Shown here in pieces: positions 56,799 through 64,000 of a stretch of 64,000 nt of DNA. The stretch lies in the IMG/VR virus record IMGVR_UViG_3300038675_001020, positions 3,944 through 67,943 of that record, one strand, 5' to 3'. A program made the position numbers and the translations under genes. Origin of the DNA: a virus. The notes beneath the pieces were generated by a model that was given only the letters and a program-made list of their open reading frames with translations, searched no databases and had not been told where the DNA came from. Each line of letters begins with the position of its first letter. Positions within the stretch are counted from its first letter, which is position 1.

Positions 56799-57247
56799 AA
56801 GCTATTTTTGAAAACGTCATCCGCCGGGGCGGATATGATTTGACCGGGCTGATCAGGAATATCGACCGCTATCATGTGGAGGGTAAACTCACAGACGCGG
56901 ATCGCGAGGAGTTGTACAGCGAAGCGCGGAGTGAAGCGGCTCCACAATATGATTACAACACTGAGATCGAAACGATCTGGGCGGAACTCAGGCAGCTGCG
57001 CGCTATGGTTGAGGCGCTTGCTGGAGCGGAGGAACCGGACGAGCCCTCTCCGCCCGAGGACGAGTGGCCCGAATACATCCAGCCCAGCGGCGCGCACGAC
57101 GCCTATCAGGCAGGTGATAGGATTACCTTCCATGGCGTTCATTATATCTGCCTGATGGACAACTGCGTGTGGTCGCCTCTTACCTACCCCGCCGCATGGC
57201 AGGAACAGACCGAGCCGGATATTTCAACCGAAGAAACCACGGAATAA
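56795..57247 (+). CDS. Small tail-associated protein with CBM5/12-like domain (paralogue 2)
   Basis: IDRYHVEG and WPEYIQPSGAHDAYQAGDRITF, as in 53062-53460. Confidence 0.75.
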   Translation: MKAIFENVIRRGGYDLTGLIRNIDRYHVEGKLTDADREELYSEARSEAAPQYDYNTEIETIWAELRQLRAMVEALAGAEEPDEPSPPEDEWPEYIQPSGAHDAYQAGDRITFHGVHYICLMDNCVWSPLTYPAAWQEQTEPDISTEETTE

Positions 57248-57315
57248 GAGCCGCTTTTCTCATGGATGAGAAGCGGCTTTTATGATACCACGAGCGAGGA
57301 TGGAGGTGAAAGGAA

Positions 57316-57663
57316 GTGCCGGACTGGATCACGCGGTATTGGGTGGAATGGCTGTTTGGCATTGTAGCGGCTTTAGCGGCGGCGAGCTACCGGCGGGTCA
57401 GCAAGCACATGCGTCATGCCCGCAGGCAGGACAAGGCGCTGGACGACGGGATGCGGGCGCTGCTGCGGGACCGGATCATCAGCGCGTGCGATCACTATTT
57501 TGAGAAGGGCTACGCGCCGGTGTACGCCCGGGAGAATATCTCCAGCATGTACGAGGCCTATCATAGCCTGGGCGGGGATGGGATCGTGACCGACATGGTC
57601 AGGCAGGCCATGGAGCTGCCCTACAAGAAGGGCGGAGAGGAACACACGGAGCCATCGCGGTAA
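57316..57663 (+). CDS. Lysis-module membrane protein
   Basis: N-terminal TM, ALLRDRI, YEAYHSLGGDG. Confidence 0.75.
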   Translation: MPDWITRYWVEWLFGIVAALAAASYRRVSKHMRHARRQDKALDDGMRALLRDRIISACDHYFEKGYAPVYARENISSMYEAYHSLGGDGIVTDMVRQAMELPYKKGGEEHTEPSR

Positions 57664-57701
57664 TCTCGCGTTGCAATCGACACATCGAGGAGGAAGAAAT
57701 T

Positions 57702-57956
57702 ATGCAAATCAACTGGAAAGTCCGCTTTCAGAACAAGACCTTTTTGGCCGGCCTGATTTCGCTGGTGGTGGTGTTCATTTACGACCTGCTGCAGCTGCTG
57801 GAGATCGCGCCCGCCGTGACGCAGAGCGCGGTGATGCAGGTGGCCGAAGGCATCCTCACCATCCTGGGCATGGTGGGCGTGATCGCGGATCCCACCACCG
57901 CGGGCCTGTCGGATAGCAAGCAGGCCATGACCTATGACGCGCCCAAGCAGGACTGA
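57702..57956 (+). CDS. Holin (phiLC3 family)
   Basis: INWKVRFQNKTF, two TMs, DPTT.GLSDS. Confidence 0.9.
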   Translation: MQINWKVRFQNKTFLAGLISLVVVFIYDLLQLLEIAPAVTQSAVMQVAEGILTILGMVGVIADPTTAGLSDSKQAMTYDAPKQD

Positions 57957-58027
57957 ATTCAACATAAGAACGACTATTTAGGGCGGCAGAGATCCTGCCG
58001 TCCTCATTTTTACAGGAGGGAAGAACC

Positions 58028-59149
58028 ATGCCGGATCGCAACAACACCCCGTTCACCAACGAACATTTCGCCGCCTTCTGCCAGTCCATGCTGGGCCAGC
58101 CCTACTGGTACGGCACGGTCGTCTACAAATGCACCGAATCCCTGCGCGCCCGCAAGGCCAAGCAGTATCCCAGCCACTACGGCTCCAGCCGCACCTCCCG
58201 ATACAGGGACGATATCGCCAAAAAGAAGGTCTGCGCGGACTGCGTGGGGCTGATCAAGGGATACATGTGGACGGATGGAGGACAGGGTGTCATGGAATCC
58301 ATTGGCACGGACAGGGAATTCTCCAGCAAGTACGGCGGCAATGGCTGCCCGGACAAATCCGCCAACGGCATGTTCACTTACGCCAAGAGCAAGGGCTGCG
58401 ACTGGGGCACGATGGACAGCCTGCCGGAACTGCCCGGCGTCGCGCTGCGCTCGGATGGACATGTGGGCGTGTACATCGGCGACGGCTATGTCGTCGAGGA
58501 GCGCGGGTTCAACTACGGCTGTGTCAAGACCCGCGTGTCCTCGCGCAATTGGACGCACTGGTACAAGCTGCCATTTATCGACTACGGCGAAGGCGCAGTG
58601 AACGTTCCCGCAACAGAGCACACGCTTGGCTCCCGCCTGCTCAAGAAGGGTATGGAAGGCAGCGATGTAAAGGCGCTGCAGGAACTGCTCCTGCAGCTGG
58701 GCTATGACCTGCCCCGGTACGGAGCAGATGGCGAATTTGGCTCCGAGACGCTGGAAGCGGTCAAAGCGTTTCAGAAGGATGAAGGTCTGGAAGTGGACGG
58801 CAAGTATGGCGAAAAGAGCCACGCTGCGCTGATGGACGCCGTGGCGGACGCCGACGCGGACGGCAGCGAGGAGGAAGGCGGAGATACAGGCGCGCCTGTG
58901 GAGCCGGAAGAACCGGACGCGCCCGATGAGCCGGAATCTCCCAAGCCGCTGGGTGAAACGGTGGTCATCGTCTCGAACGGCGGCAAGGTCAACATCCGCT
59001 ATGGCAACGGCACGAACTATGCCCGCATCACCTCTGTGAAGCCCGGCAGCACCTACGCCTATGTCGCCACCGCTGCCAACGGCTGGAACGCCGTCGCAGT
59101 CAACGGCAAGGTCGGCTGGGTGTCCGGGGAGTATTCCAAGCGAATCTGA
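58028..59149 (+). CDS. Endolysin: NlpC/P60-like peptidase + PG-binding-1 + SH3b
   Basis: DCVGLIKG, GHVGVYIG; G.DVKALQ..L..LGY...DG.FG..T..AVKAFQ; NIRYG.GTNY. Confidence 0.88.
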   Translation: MPDRNNTPFTNEHFAAFCQSMLGQPYWYGTVVYKCTESLRARKAKQYPSHYGSSRTSRYRDDIAKKKVCADCVGLIKGYMWTDGGQGVMESIGTDREFSSKYGGNGCPDKSANGMFTYAKSKGCDWGTMDSLPELPGVALRSDGHVGVYIGDGYVVEERGFNYGCVKTRVSSRNWTHWYKLPFIDYGEGAVNVPATEHTLGSRLLKKGMEGSDVKALQELLLQLGYDLPRYGADGEFGSETLEAVKAFQKDEGLEVDGKYGEKSHAALMDAVADADADGSEEEGGDTGAPVEPEEPDAPDEPESPKPLGETVVIVSNGGKVNIRYGNGTNYARITSVKPGSTYAYVATAANGWNAVAVNGKVGWVSGEYSKRI

Positions 59150-59184
59150 CGCTGCATCCATACCGGCCCATAAAGCCATCCAAC

Positions 59185-59223
59185 CAGGGCAGAACCGTGT
59201 GACGGTCTGCCCTATTCTTTTTT
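59185..59223 (+). terminator. Intrinsic terminator after endolysin
   Basis: agggcagaaccgt-gtg-acggtctgccct followed by a T-run. Confidence 0.75.
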
Positions 59224-59310
59224 ATCTTTTCACCGGCAATCGTCTCAATAGCACCGGCTTTTGTAAAAGTTTGTTATCTGTTTGTTATCCGTTCCATGGC
59301 CACAAATGGC

Positions 59311-59341
59311 TTGATAAAAGTGTCGTTCTGAGTGATAGATA
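59311..59341 (+). promoter_or_regulatory. Accessory-gene promoter-like motif, copy 6
   Basis: TTGATA-N13-GAGTGATAGATA. Confidence 0.6.
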
Positions 59342-59381
59342 GACCACCAGAACGGCGGATAAGCCGCACCTTGGAATCATC

Positions 59382-60233
59382 ATGAAAGAAGGATATGGAA
59401 TGGGAATCATCAGAGCAACGGCCTATCCTTCCCGATATGCGGAAACCCCAAATCGGGAATGGGAAGAAAATGCCATGGAACAGGAGCGGATACAGCGGGA
59501 ATGTGCAGGCAAGCTCTATGCGGCCTTTCGAGTGGACTGCCCGCACCAGCGAGATGCAGACGTGCAGCGGGAGATCGCGCGGACGCTGGGTCTGGCCATG
59601 AATGTCAAGCCGGTCTATGTGCGCAACCGCGAGGGAAGCGCCTACGACCGCGGCTGGTATGATGCGGGCGGTTGGCACATCAGCGGGAAGTACGTCGTGA
59701 CAGAGACCTTCACGCTGGACACCATGCCCTGCGCGCTGAAGGCGCTGGAGACACTCGGCAGGCGAGGGTTTGCGCCGGACGGCGAGCTGGCGCTCTACTT
59801 TGTCCCAGAGCGCTGTGACATGGAGATGGTGATGAACGCCTACACCATTCTGGACGCACGGCGTGAGCTGGTGGAGATGGCGCTGGGGCTTCGGGAGGAA
59901 GTCCAGTTGGTCGTAGGCCAGGATCTGGCATTCAGCCTTCCGCTGGATGCCTTTTCTATCCCTGCCATCGAAGCCTGTGCCTGCCTGCTGGTGCAGGTCT
60001 GCGCCATGGCCGCCAGCACGCGGAAAGCGCGGATGAAGCCCTGCGACATGAGCAATCCCAAGTACCAGATGCGCTCGTGGCTCCTGCGGCTGGGCTTCAT
60101 TGGCGAGCAGTTTGCGCGGCCCCGTCAGACGCTGCTGGAGCATTTGGACGGCAACGCGGCGTTCTTCGATGACGTGGGCAGGCAGAAGGCAAAGGAAAAG
60201 CGTCAGCGGCAAAAAGCCATGGCGCTGGCGTAA
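59382..60233 (+). CDS. Hypothetical protein with amidoligase-like C-terminal domain (start uncertain)
   Basis: [20 protein letters not shown]...R..LL..L.GNAAF. Confidence 0.7.
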   Translation: [283 protein letters not shown]

Positions 60234-60246
60234 AGGAGGGAAACGC

Positions 60247-61185
60247 ATGGAGCCGAAGCGCGTAGCGGTATACTGCCGGGTGAGCACCCTTTATGAGGTG
60301 CAGGACAGCTCGTTTGAGACGCAGCGCGACGCCTATATCCAGATGATTGGCAGTAGGGATGACCTTGTGCTGGCGGGCGTATATGGCGACCACGGTAAAT
60401 CAGGCACATCGATCAAGCGCCGCTCGGAATTCCAGCGGATGCTCCGCGACTGCGAAGACGGGAAGATCGATATCGTGATGACCAAGTCCATCTCTCGCTT
60501 TGCGCGCAACCTGCGCGACTGCCTGACCACCATCGACCACCTCAAGCAGCTGGGCATACCGGTTCTCTTTGAAAAAGAGGGAATCAACACCATGGACAAC
60601 AAGTCGGAACTGCTGCTGAACATACTGGCGATTATTGCAGAAGAAGAAAGCATCAGCATCGGGCAGAACATGCGCTGGGCGTATGAACGGAGAAATGCGG
60701 CAGGCGACCCCTTCCACAAAGCGCCCTACGGGTACAGGCGGGACAAAAAGGCCAACCGCTGGTACATCCACGAGAGCGAAGCCAGACGTGTGCGGTTTGC
60801 GTTCCAGTCCGCTGGGCGAGGCGTTTGTTACCAGGAGATCATAGAGGGACTGAACAAGATGGAGCGCGAGGAGGAAACGGGGCTGGTGTGGGACAATTAC
60901 CGGCTTACAAAGCTGCTCAAACATGAAGCCTATATCGGAGATGTGCTGACCAACAAGTCCTATCGTCCCTCGCGCAACCGTCAGGTGCCCAACAGGGGCG
61001 AGCGGGATCAGTATTATATCGAATCGCATCACGAGCCGATCATCGACCGGGAGACATACGACAAGGTGCAGGAGCTGGTGAAACGCAAGCTGCTCTGGAC
61101 GGTGAGAAAGAGATTCACTCAGGAAGAACGGGAGCTGCTGAACAGCGCGCGCAATGGAAGCGCACAGGAACAGAGAAAGGAGTGA
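60247..61185 (+). CDS. Large serine recombinase 1 (short, no Zn ribbon)
   Basis: YCRVST, D.GKSGT, TKSISRFARN; AAGGAGG RBS. Confidence 0.92.
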   Translation: MEPKRVAVYCRVSTLYEVQDSSFETQRDAYIQMIGSRDDLVLAGVYGDHGKSGTSIKRRSEFQRMLRDCEDGKIDIVMTKSISRFARNLRDCLTTIDHLKQLGIPVLFEKEGINTMDNKSELLLNILAIIAEEESISIGQNMRWAYERRNAAGDPFHKAPYGYRRDKKANRWYIHESEARRVRFAFQSAGRGVCYQEIIEGLNKMEREEETGLVWDNYRLTKLLKHEAYIGDVLTNKSYRPSRNRQVPNRGERDQYYIESHHEPIIDRETYDKVQELVKRKLLWTVRKRFTQEERELLNSARNGSAQEQRKE

Positions 61186-61191
61186 ACCCGC

Positions 61192-62694
61192 ATGGCCCGG
61201 GTAGAGAGACTTTACAACGAGCAGGCTGTCGCGCAGCGCATGGATGGCAGCGCAGGTAGGCGCAAGCGGGTGGCTGCCTATTGCCGCGTGAGCACGGACA
61301 ACGAGGGGCAGATGTCCAGCCTTGAGCTGCAGATGGCTGCCTTCCGCACACAGATCGAGTTGCGCCCCGATTGGGAGCTGGTGGACATCTATTCGGATGA
61401 GGGCATCTCCGGAACAAGGGTAGAAAAGCGGCCGGAGTTCCAGCGAATGATTCGCGACTGTGAGGCGGGCAAGATCGATTACATCATCACGAAGAGCATA
61501 TCGCGTTTCGCCCGCAATACGCTGGAATGCCTGCAGCATATCCGCTACTTGCAGAGCCTAGGCGTACAACTGCTCTTTGAGAAGGAGAACATCGACACGG
61601 GCACGGCCTTTTCGGAGATGTTGTTGACCATACTGGCGGCGTTTGCGCAGGAAGAGAGCCGGTCGCTGTCGGAGAACGCCAAGTGGGGCATCCGCAAGCG
61701 CTTTGAAGCAGGTATCCCCAAGCGCACCTATATTTTCGGCTACACCTATGACAAACAGGGGAATTACGTCATCGTACCGGAACAGGCCGAGACGGTTCGC
61801 TACATTTTCGACCTGTATGAAACGGGACGGTATTCCATGCATCAGATTGCGCAGAAGCTGATGGCTGAGAAGCGCCCGTCGGCATATGTGAACAACTGGG
61901 ACGCCTCGCATGTGCATTGCATCCTTACCAACGAAAAATACGTTGGGGATGTGCTGATGCAGAAGAAGTATACGGTGGATCACCTGACGCACAGGGAGGT
62001 CAAGAACAGAGACCATGTGCTGCCCAGCTATTATGTACGGGATCATCACACGCCCATTGTGAGCCGGAAGCAGTATGACCGCGTTCATAGAATTGCTGAG
62101 CTGAAGAGCACGCATAAGCGTCCAGTCCAGTATCCCTATGGCGATTTGTTGGTCTGCCCGGTGTGCGGGGAACGGTTGATGCAGCACAAGATGGATGTGC
62201 AGGATACCCACGCGGCGTGGCATTGCGACCGGAACGAAAGCTCTTGCGGGCAGTACGTGCTCAAGCCCAAGCTGTTGGACGCGGCCATGCTGGAAGCATA
62301 CCGGCTCGTGGATGTGGAGCAGGTAAAGCAGAAGCAGAGTGAGGCCGCGCAGATCATGGTGGCTATGAAGCAGAAGCATCCGAGCTTCAAGACGGTGGAA
62401 TATTTCTGGCTGGACGACTTGGTGGAGAAGATCACCTTTGGACGAAACCACGCGATGACGGTGCATTGGAAATACGGCGGCAAGACGGATGTTACGCTGC
62501 AAATCGCCAACATGAAGGATGATCCGGTTTATGTGGCGGGTTTGTCCCGGAGGAAGCGGGAGCGTGGCGAAGCTCAGAATGCGCTGCTCGAAAAGGCCAG
62601 TGACCTGATGGCATCGGACATGCCGCAGGAAGAAGTGATGGCGGCCCTTGCCAGAGAGGCGAAGAAGTACGCAAGGTGGGCCGCAGCGTTTTAA
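61192..62694 (+). CDS. Large serine recombinase 2
   Basis: YCRVSTD, DEGISGT, KSISRFARN, AQEESRS.SEN, CPVCG. Confidence 0.93.
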   Translation: MARVERLYNEQAVAQRMDGSAGRRKRVAAYCRVSTDNEGQMSSLELQMAAFRTQIELRPDWELVDIYSDEGISGTRVEKRPEFQRMIRDCEAGKIDYIITKSISRFARNTLECLQHIRYLQSLGVQLLFEKENIDTGTAFSEMLLTILAAFAQEESRSLSENAKWGIRKRFEAGIPKRTYIFGYTYDKQGNYVIVPEQAETVRYIFDLYETGRYSMHQIAQKLMAEKRPSAYVNNWDASHVHCILTNEKYVGDVLMQKKYTVDHLTHREVKNRDHVLPSYYVRDHHTPIVSRKQYDRVHRIAELKSTHKRPVQYPYGDLLVCPVCGERLMQHKMDVQDTHAAWHCDRNESSCGQYVLKPKLLDAAMLEAYRLVDVEQVKQKQSEAAQIMVAMKQKHPSFKTVEYFWLDDLVEKITFGRNHAMTVHWKYGGKTDVTLQIANMKDDPVYVAGLSRRKRERGEAQNALLEKASDLMASDMPQEEVMAALAREAKKYARWAAAF

Positions 62695-62767
62695 TCATGG
62701 AAGGGGGAAGGATCACATACCTTCCCCTTTGGCTTTTGATACGCGGTTGACGGGAGGAAAGAGCATT

Positions 62768-64000
62768 ATGATCGTGCGCCATATCCGCCGCAAAGATTAT
62801 GACAGAAAGAAAAGGGTCTCCGCATACTGCCGCGTCAGTACGGACAAGGCGAGTCAGGAGGAGAGCTTTGAGACGCAGATCGCCGCCTATGAGCGTCTGA
62901 TTCGCAGCAATCCTGAATGGGAGTATGCGGGCATCTATTCGGACGAAGGCAAAAGCGCGACCAGCGCCAGACATCGCGCAGGATTCCAACGGATGATTGC
63001 GGACGCACTGGAGGGGAAGATTGACATCATCCTGGTGAAGTCCATTTCCCGCTTTTCACGTAACATCGTGGACTGCCAGACATACGTTGAGAAGCTGCGG
63101 GAGCAGGGCGTTTCTGTGCGGTTTGAGCGTGAGAACATCGACTCTCTGAACCCTGCCTGCTCGATGATGTTCTCTCTGCTGTCGGCCATAGCGCAGGATG
63201 AAAGCCGGTCGATCAGCGAAAACGTAAAGTGGAGCATAGCACGGCGGCATGAACGGGGAGAATACAAGATCAGCAACAATCAGGTGCTGGGCTATGACGC
63301 AGATGAGCAGGGCAAGCCTGTTCCCAATGGTGACGCGTGGATCGTGCAGATGATCTTCCGGCTTTATACGGAAGGAAAGAGCGTCCGCGAAGTGACGGAG
63401 ATGGTGGCGGCGGCGGGCGGGCACAGCCTGCGAAGCAGCAAGCCGCTGAGCTGTCAGGCAGTACGGTATATCTTAAAAAACGAGATCTATGCGGGAGACC
63501 GTATTCTACAAAAGCGCGCGCCGGTAAATTATCTGACCAAGAAGCCCGACTTACAGGCGGAGTACAAGACCTATTTCCTTCAGGATGTTCACGAGCCGCT
63601 GATCGATAGAGATACGTGGGAAAAGGCTCAAGGTATCCTCCGCCGGCGTGAACTTGCGAAAGAGGCAGGCGTTGAGCGGATACGGGCCAATGCACATTTC
63701 CTCTACGGAAAGCTCTTCTGCGCGCAATGCGGAGCCCCTTACAGGCGGCGGACGTTCAAGGAAAGGGATGCCAAAGGTGGTGAGAGCTACAAGGCCTGGT
63801 GCTGCAAGGAACGCAGCAAGGGAAAAGCCGGAAATGGTTGTGCAAATCCGATCCTGCGCGAAGTCGCGCTACTGGAAGCCATCGCCCAGAAGCTCGGAAT
63901 GAAGAGTTTCGACGAACAGACTTTTATGAGAACTGTTGAAAAGGTTCTGGTACAGAAAGATGGAGAAATCACGATAGAGCTTATCTCGAATGCCGCCTGA
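62768..64000 (+). CDS. Large serine recombinase 3
   Basis: YCRVSTD, KSISRFSRN, AQDESRSISEN, CAQCG; stop at window end. Confidence 0.92.
   Translation: MIVRHIRRKDYDRKKRVSAYCRVSTDKASQEESFETQIAAYERLIRSNPEWEYAGIYSDEGKSATSARHRAGFQRMIADALEGKIDIILVKSISRFSRNIVDCQTYVEKLREQGVSVRFERENIDSLNPACSMMFSLLSAIAQDESRSISENVKWSIARRHERGEYKISNNQVLGYDADEQGKPVPNGDAWIVQMIFRLYTEGKSVREVTEMVAAAGGHSLRSSKPLSCQAVRYILKNEIYAGDRILQKRAPVNYLTKKPDLQAEYKTYFLQDVHEPLIDRDTWEKAQGILRRRELAKEAGVERIRANAHFLYGKLFCAQCGAPYRRRTFKERDAKGGESYKAWCCKERSKGKAGNGCANPILREVALLEAIAQKLGMKSFDEQTFMRTVEKVLVQKDGEITIELISNAA

Noticed and set aside
47706-57247. Diversity-generating retroelement or invertible shufflon acting on tail genes
   Set aside because: No reverse transcriptase, no adenine-specific TR/VR pair and no inverted cassettes seen; the repeats are ordinary protein repeats or paralogues.

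Overview
The window is almost entirely one high-GC temperate siphophage (prophage) of a Clostridia-like Firmicute. Gene order: replication module (MetK, DUF2800 nuclease, DUF2815 SSB, family A DNA polymerase with two inteins, VapE-type primase-helicase, SNF2 helicase, two ParB-like proteins, VRR-NUC, DUF1492 activator); accessory block (16.6-24.5 kb); adenine/N4 and C5 methyltransferases; HK97-type head; long non-contractile tail; lysis; three tandem large serine recombinases. Three toxin-antitoxin pairs and a putative ADP-ribosyltransferase cassette interrupt the core modules. Most striking: (1) polymerase intein 2 stays open as a meaningless linker while a complete HNH homing endonuclease with its own RBS is encoded inside it in the +1 frame; (2) five hammerhead-ribozyme units (3 intact, 2 degenerate) separate the small genes of the minus-strand amidoligase operon; (3) a ~92-nt covarying structured element occurs both intergenically and as an in-frame insertion in the SNF2 helicase; (4) a six-copy TTGACT-N13-GAGYGA promoter-like motif marks accessory genes; (5) a second +1-frame nested gene lies inside the C5 methyltransferase. 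Family names come from motif recognition, not database searches.
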